Counted from the first letter of the stretch, positions 22,367 through 35,288 are shown. The stretch is DNA of 64,000 nt from Octopus sinensis (GCF_006345805.1 NC_043004.1:19530001-19594000), one strand, 5' to 3'. The notes: a model not told the origin generated them from the sequence alone. A program made the numbers and translations.

Positions 22367-22620
22367 TATATGTATGTATGTATGTATGTATATCTATCTA
22401 TATTTGTGCGTGTGCATGAACATATATATATATTCAATTCAAATTAACGAATAAGGGACGAAAAGAAGGAAAGCAACGAACGTGAGTAAGGACATGCACA
22501 AGAAGTGCATTAACTTGACGCTTGGTGAAAGGATAGAGTTTAACGTTTCGAGCGAAGCTTTTCGTCGGAAAGGAGAGAGAGAAATTACCAACGGCTCACG
22601 TGTAGTTACATTGCTGAAGA

Positions 22621-22665
<45 letters not shown>

Positions 22666-22670
<5 letters not shown>

Positions 22671-23072
22671 CTTACGTTTAAAGTCAACAAATAAAGTTTA
22701 CTTTAGAAGCGTTGATACGTATTGAAAGGTACAGATAAAGAAATAATTTTATTCTCAAATGCAGTATAAATATAATAATATAGCATGATTAGGATAAACT
22801 TTCTATATTGCAGAAAAATCTGTCGGCGGCTAGCCATGAAACTCGAATTCACATCCCTGTTATTACGCGTCAAGTGCTTTACCATTAAGCTAAACTGCCC
22901 AGCACCAAGTCCTGCATTTTCAGGATATATCAATCTAGCTATATAAGACGGTGTCGTACGTTAAGTTCAACTTACGTTGAAAGTCAGCAAAAATAATTTC
23001 CTTACCTGTATCTTTCAATACATCTCAATGCTTTTAAAGCAAACGTTGTTGACTTTCAACGTAAGTTGGATA
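22666..23072. repeat. Fold-back element: ~85-bp inverted arms around a degenerate tRNA-like sequence
   Basis: 22666-22750 is the reverse complement (~80%) of 22989-23072. Minus strand 22828-22900 reads GGGCAGTTTAGCTTAATGGTAAAGCAC...GAATTCGAGTTTC. Confidence 0.65.
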
Positions 23073-23564
23073 TGTATATATATTCTCTTATTAATTATTA
23101 TTGGTTGATTAACAAGGCCGCTAATAGTTTTATGTCAAGAGATCTTCACAAGTGTTCAAGTGCACTATATGGAAGAATTATGCTTTCATGTTTTCCTTAA
23201 TATGTATAATAGAATCCTGTATTTAAAAATCAATGCAAATAAAGAAAGCTAACTCAACAGATCACCAGACCCTCAAAGTTACACAAACGGCCCAACTCTA
23301 AGTATACATACAAAATTTTCTCGTTATACATACACAATGTATGGAAGCTTGGTTTGGTAAATATAAAATTTGCTTGATATAGATATTTTGTTTCATATAA
23401 GGTGCTAGATAGAAATTTATAGACTTGACCATTCTTAACGTTTACTAAAACAAGAAGTCATAAAAAGTAAAGTGAAATAATTGTAACCTGCTTTAAAAAG
23501 TATATAAAATTTTAGGTAAAGAAAACGTAAATACATTCACTAACTCACACACATGCACACACAC

Positions 23565-23616
<52 letters not shown>

Positions 23617-24034
23617 ACACACACACGCTCTCTCACACACACATGCGCACAAATAGAATCTCATGGGAATACAATGTATAAGTGTTCAAATTTTACTCTT
23701 CGACCTGCACGAATAATTTGACTTGGTTCAATGCAATTGTTTTATTCTCAAATCTATGCTTAAGTATAGTTTGGCATCACCTTTGTAATAGATATTGTAT
23801 TAGACCATATTCAGATATTCCGCTCTTTCTAAAAATAGATATTACCTGTCGATTTATAACATTCCAGTCTATTGTACCCTTATTTTATGCCTCAACAATC
23901 TTTTATGTATTGAAGCTGTTACCATATCAAGACCGCCTTGAAACTATAAATATACATGTTGAAACTTTGCCTTGTTGATTGTCTCTATCTTAGATTTATC
24001 ATCATCATCATCATCATCATTATCATCATCAAGT

Positions 24035-24237
24035 AGGTGAGCTGGCTGAATCGTTTTGAAATGCTTAGAGGTATTTCGCCCGTCGCTACGTTCTGAGTTC
24101 AAATTCCGCTGAAGTAGATTTTGCCTTTCATCTTTCGGGGTCGATAAATCAAGTACCAGTGAAACACTGGAGTCGATATGACTGACTCACCTCATCCCCT
24201 AAAATGGCTGCCCTTGTGGCAAAAATTGAAACCATTA

Positions 24238-24280
<43 letters not shown>

Positions 24281-24281
24281 C
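24035..24281 (+). mobile_element. tRNA-derived SINE, second family (core gcctttcatc.ttcggggtcgataaa) with (ATT)n tail
   Basis: B-box-like gagttcaaattcc plus a conserved core; related copies at 33831-34060 (-), 60970-61070 (+) and a weak one at ~11575-11700. Confidence 0.75.
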
Positions 24282-24424
24282 ATGTTTTTTCCTTCTTTCT
24301 TCAAATTTTCATCCATTTCTCGCCGAGTGTTTTCCATACACCTAGGGCAGAGAAGCTCATTGTATGCATTCCCAGATTACACGCGCAAATTCACAGATAA
24401 AATATGTATTAAAAATTAGTAATT

Positions 24425-24830
24425 AGGCGCAGGAGTGGCTGTGTGGTAAGTAGCTTGCTAACCAACCACATGGTTCTGGGTTCAGTCCCACTGCGTGGCA
24501 TCTTGGGCAAGTGTCTTCTGCTATAGCCCCAGGCCGACCAATACCTTGTGAGTGGATTTGGTAGACGGAAACTGAAAGAAGCCCGTCGTATATATGTATA
24601 TATATATAAGTGTGTATGTATATGTTTGTGTGTCTGTGTATGTCCCCCTAGCATTGCTTGACAACCGATGCTGGTGTGTTTACGTCCCCGTCACTTAGCG
24701 GTTCGGCAAAAGAGACCGATAGAATAAGTACTGGGCTTACAAAGAATAAGTCCCGGGGTCGATTTGCTCGACTAAAGGCGGTGCTCCAGCATGGCCGCAG
24801 TCAAATAACGGAAACAAGTAAAAGAGTAAA
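24425..24830 (+). mobile_element. SINE1 copy, full length
   Basis: aggcgcaggagtggctgtgtggtaag...aaacaagtaaaagag. Confidence 0.85.
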
Positions 24831-24844
24831 TAAATTCATGGATG

Positions 24845-25115
24845 GATGTTGTTTTCACAGCGTTAATGCTCTTCTCAGTACATGAGCCGTTCCAGTTAAT
24901 ACGATTTTTTGAACTTCCTGTAGGGATGGTAAACCTGGAATCATTTTCAAATAGGTTTCAGTACCTTTTTTAATCATTCCTAGAGATCCTACAATCACTG
25001 GTACTGCAGTCGCCTTGAGAAGCCACATTTTTTCAATTTCTATTAGCAAGTCTTTATATTTACTCATCTTGTCAAATTCTTTCGCCGCTATATTGTGATC
25101 GCAAGGAATAATGTC
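24845..25115 (-). mobile_element. R4/Dong-clade LINE 3' fragment (RLE C-terminus)
   Basis: Reads IDIIPCDHNIAAKEFDKMSKYKDLLIEIEKMW...PVIVGSLGMIKKG...IPG...QKIVLTGTAHVLRRAL; adjacent to (TAA)n. Confidence 0.8.
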
Positions 25116-25125
25116 AATTAATAAA

Positions 25126-25126
<1 letters not shown>

Positions 25127-25197
<71 letters not shown>

Positions 25198-25270
25198 CAT
25201 CATCATCGTCATCGTCATCGTCATCGTCGTCGTCGTTGTTGTTGTTGTTGTTATTATTATTATTATTATT
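25127..25270. repeat. Compound trinucleotide microsatellite (ATT)n(ATC)n(GTCATC)n(GTC)n(GTT)n(ATT)n
   Basis: Direct reading. Confidence 0.95.
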
Positions 25271-25449
25271 AAGAAATAAAACAGAAGAGTGCCATAGTTA
25301 TCATGTGAAATTGGTTGAACGATATCTCGGCATCTAGCGTGCATTCGACAGGTTCAAAAATTACATGTGAGTCTATTTCGTGTTTTGTTAAGATTATATA
25401 GGACTTTATTATTATTATTATTATTATTATCATTATTATTATTATTATA

Positions 25450-25850
25450 TTATTATTATTATTATTATTGAGTGAGAGAGCAGTGCATTCCATCAAAGTG
25501 ACACTGGGGTAAAATATACGAAGCCCAGTAAACCCATCATGACTACCTGTCTGATAAAGGTACACCAGGCACATGCATTACAACCATGTGTGCGCGACAT
25601 GGTGATCTCATATCAAGATAAACAGCGCATGACCTTGCAAGTGGGGCCCAGTTAGAATTTTTTTCTGGTCGAGTAGCCCATCCCACTCAAAAGGTTCTTG
25701 AATAAGGATTGTTTAGGGATGTTGAACGAACCACCCATGTTTCCAAAGGTGAATTATCCAAACCTCTAAGAATTCCTTTCAACATACGGCTATGCTCATG
25801 ATCAGAGATGTACATATCGTCAGCCACCAAGGGACATTGTGCGCGCGCAT
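25450..25850. repeat. Dispersed repeat; core shared with 47070-47155 and 61185-61265
   Basis: The segment gaattcct...tgatcagagatg(c/t)acatat(c/t)gtcagcc recurs three times in the window. Confidence 0.55.
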
Positions 25851-25886
25851 GTCTGTACAATCACATAAGTATATATATATATATAT

Positions 25887-26693
25887 ACTAGCAGCATAGC
25901 CCGGCGTTGCCCGGGTATGTAAGAGCCCCTAGTAGGCAACGACTAATCCCAATCTAGTCCTTTCCCTCTAGGGAACGAAGGCGCATGTGTAGGTTGCAAT
26001 TTCTTCTCTTCACTCCCAAATAACTATCAAACAGCTATCGATAATTCAACCCAACCAATTACTAACAGGAAGAAATTACATTCGAGACTTTACTCCCAAC
26101 ACCGCCACTTCTGCTAATAGCTGCTGCAGCCTCAAGTTATTCGAATACTTTTTTTGTTTACACTTTCTTTATAACTACCATCCCAAACGTTTTACCTTAA
26201 ATTTTTGACGTACCCTAAGGGTCCTCGGACGCTACTTGCAAACTCTTGGTTTATTATAAACCGCTTTTGTCGTGTGCACCAAAAACCCTTTTTCATTCGT
26301 TTGTTCAGTTTGGTCACTTTTGACTTTTTCGTTGTTGTCACTCACATTGCTGCCCGCTTTTTTGCCGTATTTGTACATTTTATACATTTTGGGATACTTA
26401 CCCCACGTGTTCCGAGAGTTAAAAAGGTCGAGTTGCGTCCCCTAGACGGTCTGTAGAAAATGTGTTGCATATAAAAAGCTTAGATTCTCGACCCATGTCG
26501 AATTTATCGATTTTTTTCAGAACTGGGGGAACTTTTCAAAATTTTCTCTGCGTTAGTTTTGAATTATGACATTGGGCTATGTGTGTGTCAAGTTTCATCA
26601 GAATCGGTTGAAAGCCGTGGTCAGGGTGAGGGTACAACCTGACAGACACACAGACACACAGACAGACAAACTACCGTTTATATATATAGAGAT
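25887..26693 (+). mobile_element. Non-autonomous Helitron-like element, copy C
   Basis: Starts ACTAGCAGCATAGCCCGGCGTTGCCCGGGT after (TA)n and ends acagacagacaaactaccgtttatatatatagagat. Its 3' ~270 bp match copy A; the middle differs. Confidence 0.75.
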
Positions 26694-29221
26694 AATATTT
26701 CCAAGATGGTTAGTGGTTGTGAATCCAACCCACTAAGGGATAATATCCATCCAATATACTGCTGGTAGAATACCCAATTATTAATACACAAGTGTTTTTC
26801 ATTGCATGGCAATTACATTACCGAGTGTAATAAATGGGTGCGGATAAAAAGTTATTTTACCCTTAATTTATACAGCAATAAGAAACTGGAGGGGGATCAA
26901 GAGGTGGTATTTATCAACTTTTAGACATTATATTAAGTCTATTTATTATTTTTTAAAATGAAGTAGAGAAGTAGATACATAAGTAGATACTCATGCAAAC
27001 ACATATTTTGATTGACTTGATTCCGATACCTTTGTGTTTCGTTCTTTCTAATTACTTTGTCATGCATTTAGATGTTAAGTGTGTCGGTAAATATATGATA
27101 CATTGGAATAGAAATATTCTGTGGTATTTATGGCGAAGAAAATTACCTCTCTTTACATGGATAGTTACTTTTGTCTTTGCATTTTGCAAGAACTAGTTAT
27201 CAACATTCTGGTTATAATCAACGTTTCCCCTTTGGCGTCCAATGATTGAAACCAGCAAAAGGAACACACACACACACACACACACACCACACACGCACGC
27301 ACACACACAAGTATCAATGCTAATAATATTTCTTCTCATATTGGTTTTAGGCATTGAAAGAGACAATGTTGTCAGATCGTGAGAGAGTATATTATATAGT
27401 CGTCACGAAAAAAAATTTTGTTTTCACTGACGATTGTGTAATGCTAGACGAAATGAGCGTCTGATGTAAAAAATTATATCTGTTTTTCTACAAGTATTTT
27501 GCATGTTAATTTTTACATATATATTCGATTACATAATATACTTTAACCACGTTTTGAACTCTGTTTTTCTATAACAAAATTTTTCAATCATCTGCAGTAT
27601 GCGTATTTAGGGAAGACTCTACAGATATGAGTTTCCATGTGTAAGTTTCGTGCCCCTAAGCTGATTACCCTTACAGCATATGTACATTTATAAATATAAT
27701 ATTCTTTCTTTGTTTTTGAGGGATATAAGACATATTTATGTGAGTGTAAATAGATACACGGACAAACATACATTTAGTGTATGTTATGTTAAGCATAAAG
27801 ATGTTTTTAAAGAAGAAACTTGGATAATGTAAACACGGATTAAGACGTTAATCATATCCATTAAGGAAAACTCTTAAATTACGCTAAAAGATCAAAGCCA
27901 ACAGTATGCTAAGATTGAAACAACGAAAAGAGAAATATCAAAGTAATCAGATGCAATATATTATATTATATTATATTATATTGTATTATGAAGTTACTCC
28001 TATGTATATTTGCTTAACAAATTGTAGAGCATAGTTCAACATACGTATTTACTAAATGGTTGTGTAGTGACGTTTAAATGTTCGCAGATAATTTCTTCGC
28101 ATAAAACAATGAAGTTCTGAAAATGTAAACACGAGAGAAAGAGAAAGGGGTGGGGGGAGAGAGAGAGAGAGAGCAAGAAAGAAAGAAAGCGAAAGAGAAA
28201 GGTATTTATAAAAACGCATATTTTGTAAAAGTAATAGGCATAAGGTCACTGAAGTCTATATATGCAAAAGCACACAAACATATTGGCAAAGACGGAAAAA
28301 AATAATTTTGCGACGTTCTGAATACATATTCTTAACAGATCACTCCATCTGTGCGTAACGTAACATTTCTTAAGTAACACAACAACACAAAATGGAAAAA
28401 ATAATCCTCTTGCCTTCTATTTCGTTTGTAGATATTTGCATAAGATATATTCGTTGAGGTGTTGTTTAGGGCTCAAGCACTCACTGCTCACTTACATAAA
28501 CCAGTCTCTTGTTAGGAAGAAAACTAAAGAAGCTGTTAAACGAGTGAATCATAAGAATACAAGAAAAGATTTATCTTCAGTAATCTCGCTATAGAATTTA
28601 TCTTCAAGCTGGAAGTTGCATGCTGTGTTAAGATTAGCCAGTCGGCTATTAGATTACGCATGTAATCAGTGTGCTTGTAGTTTAGTTGATAAATATCTCG
28701 AACTTGCATTGACTCTTAACTCATAACAGATGTCATAGAGATCACATGATCTCACTGTCTGCCAAACTGAAAATTTCTTGCTTTTTCTCTTTTTTTTTTT
28801 CACAAACTCTACCAATTCTTGTTGCTGGAGGTTGAAAGAGTTAATTTTGCTTGCTACTGTCCTATCTAGTTTGAGATTTTGTAAAATGTTGCTTCACATT
28901 TAGAATGACATCACTACAAATCGACAAATTAGCTTCACTAACACCATCTACTAACTTAGTATTTAATATCTCTATCGATTTTCCATTCAAATGTGTTCTC
29001 TCTCTGAAACGTCAATTACTCAATTAATTACATTATATTAATTACACATCAGGTGCACATATCATGCACTTTTATTTACATTTATTACACGATTAATTAC
29101 ATGCCTATTACACATATTACTCATTAATTAGATGTTTTATAGAGATTTGTTGCATACATTAATAAATTGGTAGTCTCACGGTTCCAGAAAAGGAGGTTCA
29201 GCAATTTTTTTTCTTTTATTC

Positions 29222-29652
29222 TTTTATTCTTTTACTTGTTCTAATCATTTGACTGCGGTCATGCTGGAGCACCGCATTGAAGGGTTTTAGTCAAACAAAT
29301 CGAACCCAGGACTTATTTCTTAAGTCTATAATTATTCTATCAGTCTCTTTTGCTGAACTACTGAGTTATGAGGGCATAAACACACCGTCACTGTTCGTCA
29401 AGCGGTGATGGGGAGGGGACAACCACAGACACAGACACAGACACACACACACACACAGATATAAACATACATACACTCACATACACATATATATATACGA
29501 TGGGCTTCTTTCAGTTTCTGTCTACCAAATCCACTTACAAGTCGATGATCGGTCCGAGGCTATAGTAGAATACACTTGCCCAATGTGCCACGCAGTGGGA
29601 CTGAACCCGGAACCATGTGGTTGGGAAGCAAGCTTCTTACTACACAGCCACT
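29222..29652 (-). mobile_element. SINE1 copy
   Basis: Same family as 24425-24830, reverse orientation. Confidence 0.8.
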
Positions 29653-29654
29653 GC

Positions 29655-29850
29655 ACATATTATCTGTTTATAGTGATCAAATGTTTGTGCTGCGCATATT
29701 GTAACCCCCTCCATAAAATCGACATTGCCTGTACCAGTGCATGGTGCACCACTCGTCAGATGTCGGAGTGAACACAATGCACCAACGGTCAGGAAATCGA
29801 ACCTGCGCTCTCGCAATCGTGGGTGCAGTACCCTAACCACTTGGATACTC
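29655..29850 (-). mobile_element. tRNA-headed SINE-like fragment (third family)
   Basis: Minus strand ggacgagtatccaagtggttagggtactgc...gcaggttcgatttcctgacc has A and B boxes. Its 5' end lies in a perfect 31-bp tandem duplication (29845-29906). Confidence 0.5.
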
Positions 29851-30539
29851 GTCCTCACGTTCCCGTAATTCAATAATACTCGTCCTCACGTTCCCGTAAT
29901 TCAATAATTCTTAAAACGTCTCATCCTTGCTGGAGAGCGAATTTTGGAGGTTTGCTTTAGTCCAAGGATAGAACGCCTGTTATATTTACAGGAGATATGG
30001 GTTCGAGCATCACTAGCGGTCTTTGACTTCATTTTTTAAAACTCAAAATTGACATTCTATCAGGCGGCGAGTTGTACCTGTGCGTGCACGAATGAATATG
30101 TACATGTGTCGTGATGTTTTGTGTGTGTGTGTGTGTGTGTGTGCGTGCGCCCATGCTTTTTGTGTATTTATCACGTCTATAATATTAAATTCTAAGCACC
30201 AACAAACCTTGGTGTATGTGTGTGTATACATACATGTATGTATATGTTATATTGTTTTCTGACTGCATGTGTGTGTGCGTGTGTGTGTGTGTGGTGTGTG
30301 TGTATGTGTGTGTGTGTGTGTGTGTGTGCGTGTGTGTTTATATGTGTTCATGCATATGACATAGAGTGTTATTTGAATATGATTGTGTATGTGACCATAT
30401 GCGTATCGGTTACAATGTGATATGCTGTGAGAGTGTGTATAAGGAATAAGTTAGCGTGTACGTGTTTGTGTAATACGTATGTGTATTTTTTCGTTGTGCG
30501 TGTACGTGAGTGCGGTGTGAGGCGAGGGTGGTGGTGTCA

Positions 30540-31500
30540 GAGGAGGTGTTATATAAAGGGGAAATTGAGACCAAAAGGTGTTTAGTTTTGAAGGGAGAAA
30601 TTAAAGCACCGCTTTCGGTGAAGTTTGGATTTCTCGAATACAGTGTCTGAAGAGAAGCTTAAGACGGAATCACTCAGTTATCCCAAAAGCTGCAAGGGGG
30701 GAATTTGAGGCAATAGATGATGTTGGTGGCGGTACAACAGAAAACATTAGAAATATTGGCAAGCGAGCTAGTATTGGAAAGGAAAAGTATTGTAAAGAAG
30801 CCGGGAACAAAGATGGATCCGAGGAGAGAAGAAGAAAAAAGAGTTAGGTCCCATTAAATCGTACAAGTTTCGGCACGCTTGAATGAGGGATGGTATGGGT
30901 TAAGGAAGAGTGGAAGTGTGACAGGATCATGGTGGAGGCGGCGGAAATTATGAAGGGTGGTGAGTGAAGGGAAAGAGAGGAGTTTGGTGTGAGATGGTTG
31001 CGGAGGAGAGGGAAGAAGTATAGCCGACTTGGTGGGCGCTGGTAATGGTGTCTCAGAGTAAGTAGGGATATCCACGTGGAATCAATAGAAAGCGTCTCAG
31101 ATCGTAGCTACATAGAGGAGGTGGAGACGAAGAAATTCTAGTAAGGAATCGCACGGTTAGTGCGAGTGGGGTGAAAGAAGAAAAAAGTTAAGATAAGAAT
31201 GAGAATTGATGAGGAAGTGTGGTCGGGTTGAGCGATTGAACAGAAATGGCCAGAAAGTTAATGGCGGCTTCGGAAATGACAAGCAAATTCAAGGGAAGGG
31301 TGAAAGGATTTGATAAACGAGATGACGGTTGTGAGCTATTCGTGTGAAAGAGAGATGGCTTCGATATACTGTCACCTATACTGTGACCGTTAAAATTCTG
31401 GGTTAGGGTCGGTGAAATATGAGAAGATTTGAGCTTCGCCCTCGTTCTTTCAGTGAGGCAGTTACAGGTAGGTATTCTGAGGTGGCTGGCGCTATCAGGT
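30540..31500 (-). mobile_element. Highly decayed Penelope-like element (RT thumb to GIY-YIG)
   Basis: Minus pieces read HPTRTNRAIPY, NFRRLHHDPVTLPLF..P..PSFKRA and a terminal ...FSLQN*TPFGLN, resembling the PLE linker and C-terminus. Confidence 0.55.
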
Positions 31501-33830
31501 GGTTTTGAAAATGTTCCTGTTTACAAAATAACTTTATGAACAAAGTGAAAGGAAACTCTTTTTTGGCAGAATAAATTCAGTGTGTTCATTGCGTATAACG
31601 TGTCTCGATATCATTTTATTTTCACCTCGCAGTAGCAGTGATATTATACTCTGAAAGTTGATTATATACGAATAAAACAGAATCAAGATTTCGTAAAAGA
31701 GAGAAAAACAAACAAAACAAAATATTACATTTTTGTTTCTTTCAAAGCAGTTTCAATGAGGGAAACCCTGTTCTATCGCAGCTTTTGTTCACTGAAATGC
31801 ACGTACACTCACATAAACGCGGAAATAAATAGAGAAAATTAATTGTGGAAAATGACAGGAAAAATAATTTCTATTGATAGCAGAATGTAGTGATGACTGG
31901 ACCTTTTTAACTTAATACAATGAGTCAATTCTAAGAAAGATATGAGCTGTGACAGCTGTGATAGAATTTGCCATTGAGATATGGAAAATCTAAGTCGTTG
32001 TTGATTGAATAAAGAAACAAAAAATCTGTTTTTGAAGTGAATGCAATAATTTCACTAGTTTTCTATTAACAACAAATCTGCGTTTGCTTAAATCGAAATG
32101 AAAAACCTCCTGGTTTGCGAATGCAAGTTCATGTACAATATGAATGGGTGCGAACACTGCCTAGTGGATAGATTCCAGGTTTGACTAAAACTGGAAAGAC
32201 AGAAGCAGTGTGGAAAACCACCAGATAGATTGTACCTATTATTATAAGAGCTTTGTCGCATAGTGCTGTAATGCCGATTCTGGTTGAAGACTACCTTAAG
32301 GATATAAATATCTGGAAAATATTCATTATTTATTCCAGCCAACAAGAATACTCAGTGTCGAAACCGATGAAGGACCTTTTTACTTCTTTCACAATTGCAA
32401 TGAGAATATAAATAGAGTGACCGAATGGATATGAAACCGTCAGTTTGACGTTTATGAGTTCCTCATGTGATTAATGGACTTGTTAGTTACTTGTTAATTT
32501 ATTTAAGCATATGTCTCATAGAAGCACTAATGATAAAGACGAGTTGATAATAGTCCAGAATATGTAATTTTCTTGAACTCTATATTCGATAATTCAGCTG
32601 AGTTGAGTTAGTCTTTGAACCTACATCTATATTTGAACATACGCTCATCCCCGCAAAGTGTTGAAAAACTTATCAAATATAGATTGTTACTGCTGCTTAA
32701 TATAGTCTACTATTTCCTCACAGCACAATTTACAGATTAAAAAATTAACGCAATATACTGCGAAGAGTCCTGTTAGTTGCGATTGCTGTAGCTCCCATAT
32801 CACAGAAATAGTATATTATAAAAAGACCCACAGAAATAGAAAATATGTTTCTCAAGGATAATCGTGTAATGCAGGTCATTTGTGATTCGAAATTTGTAAA
32901 GGCAAATCCTCTGGAAAAGTTTGATTTATTTTCTTTCCACTTCGAGAATGTTTTCCTTACAACTCGCCATACATTCTTGTACGACTTTGTGACCACATTC
33001 GAGTTACAAGCAACTGGTTTAAAGTGTTTCAAATGTTGATTGCTTATATTTTCTAAGTAGCGAGTTGATGTTGTCAGTCAGATTGTCAGTATAGTTGAGC
33101 CAGCTGAGGTTGTCATTATTGTATGGTAGAAAGAAAGAGTAACGATTATAGATAATACAAGAATATTTTTATGAAACAGAAAACAAAACTGTCCAAAAAT
33201 CAAATAGAAGAAAATGGCTGTTTATGTATTAGTGTGATTCCATATGCACAAGGATTTCACCAATATTTCCATATTTACCTAACCAATCTCCCATGACGTT
33301 GCAACTGAATGGTATTAGACCATCATAGTCTTAACTACAATTTTTCATTCGCACAGTGGCTCAGAGTTATTTTATCTCCAAACACTTTTATTTTCCTATG
33401 TTAGTAAATCTACAATGGTTTACTTTCACTTAGTAACATTGTTACCATTATATCGGCAATTACAACAAAGGCTATATATTGTAGATGAAATCATACTAAT
33501 CCTGAAATACGCCCGAATTGCTTTCTGTATATATATCAGAATAATGAAAACTACAATCATTAAGAATTATTGCCTTTCCTCATCGCATATTTATAGTTAG
33601 CCTTTCAATGCTCGATGCGCACTAAATGTGCTAAAACAACCAGACTTTTATTATTTGTGGTAACTAAATGATTTTTCTTTTAATTAGATATATAATATTT
33701 ACTCCTATATAATTAGTGTCATAAAATTTCATATATCGATGTATATATCTTTCCATTTAGCTTCGTCATTACGCTTCCTACACAAACACACAAGCAAAAG
33801 CACACACATAGAAACACTCACATATATATA

Positions 33831-34060
33831 TTTCTTTATTGCCCACAAGGGGCTAAACATAGAGGGAACAAACAAGAATAGACAAAGGGTTTAAGTTGAT
33901 TACATCGACCCCAGTGCGAAACTGGTACTTTATTTATCGATCCCGAAAGGATGAAAGGCAAAGTCAACCTCGGCGGAATTTGAACTCAGAACGTAACGGC
34001 AGACGAAATACGGCTACGCATTTCGCCCAGCGTGCTAACGTTTCTGCCAGCTCGCCGCCT
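33831..34060 (-). mobile_element. tRNA-derived SINE (second family) copy
   Basis: Reverse complement aggcggcgagctggcagaaacgttagc...gagttcaaattccgccgaggttgactttgcctttcatcctttcggg. Confidence 0.8.
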
Positions 34061-34569
34061 TCACATATATATATATATCTACATATACATTGTGCCTGCG
34101 CGCGCGAGTATACGTATGTACTTTAACGATGTTAGATACAAAAATCAATATATTAATGATAATGATGAATATATTTATAGACAATAAAAAAAAATCGCAA
34201 CAAATTCTTTTGACATTTCCTGTAAAAGAAATGTCAAACTATGCTTGTCTTGAACGAATACCTTTGTGTATAATAGATATTCCAGGTTTTGCAGAAATTC
34301 TCAGTAAATGTTTTGTATCATGATTTGAATTTTTATATATAACTTAGTGGCATTCATTTGTCAACTTACAACATAAATGATCAATGGTAATAAGCTGGTA
34401 GCAGCCAGTATGGAATTAATAGATAAACAAAAGAGTGTCCGTCTATCATATTATAATTTGGTCAACTTTGGCCAAATAGCTTTCTTTTCTTCATTTCGTA
34501 TACCTGTTTTCATTCTCTCTGCCCCCCCCCACACACAGACACTCACTCACACACATATTATTCTCTTAT

Positions 34570-34955
34570 CTTTTGTTCGTTTCAGTCATTTGACTGCAGC
34601 CATGGTGGAACATCACTTTGAAGGGTTTTAGTCGAATGAATTGGCCTCTAGTACTTATTTAAAAAAAAATCCTGGTACGTATTCTATCGGTATCTTTTGC
34701 CGAAGCGCTACCTTACGGGGACGTAAACACATAAACACCGGTTGTCAAGTGGTGAAGGGAGTTCAAACACACACACTTATATATATATATATATATATAT
34801 ACATAGAACGGGCTTCTTTCAACTTCTTTCAACATCGATCAAATCAACTCACAAGATTCTGGTTGGACCGAGGTTATAGTATTTGCACAAGGTGTTACAC
34901 AGTGGGACTGAACCGGAACAATATGGCCGAGAAGCAAGCTTTTTACCACACAGCT
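34570..34955 (-). mobile_element. SINE1 copy (diverged); partial 3' copy follows at 35165-35275
   Basis: Family match to 24425-24830. Confidence 0.7.
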
Positions 34956-34964
34956 ACGCTTGCG

Positions 34965-35074
<110 letters not shown>

Positions 35075-35108
35075 CATATATATATATATACCACACACAC
35101 ACACACAC

Positions 35109-35162
<54 letters not shown>

Positions 35163-35288
35163 ATAAACTCTTCTACTCGCAGTCATTTAACTACGGTGAT
35201 GCTGGAGCACCGCCTCTAGTCGAATAAATTGACCCGAGGGCTTAATCTTTGTAAGCCTAGTACTAGAGGTGCTAAGTCCGAAACTGTG

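Noticed and set aside
22828-22900. Functional tRNA gene (also tRNA-like pieces at ~29945-30020 and ~50755-50830)
   Set aside because: Acceptor and anticodon stems do not pair properly; they look like pseudo-tRNA or SINE heads.
32700-33350. Possible GPCR or other pseudogene (hydrophobic minus ORF 32745-33032)
   Set aside because: No recognisable motif, stops in the flanking frames and no clear splice sites.
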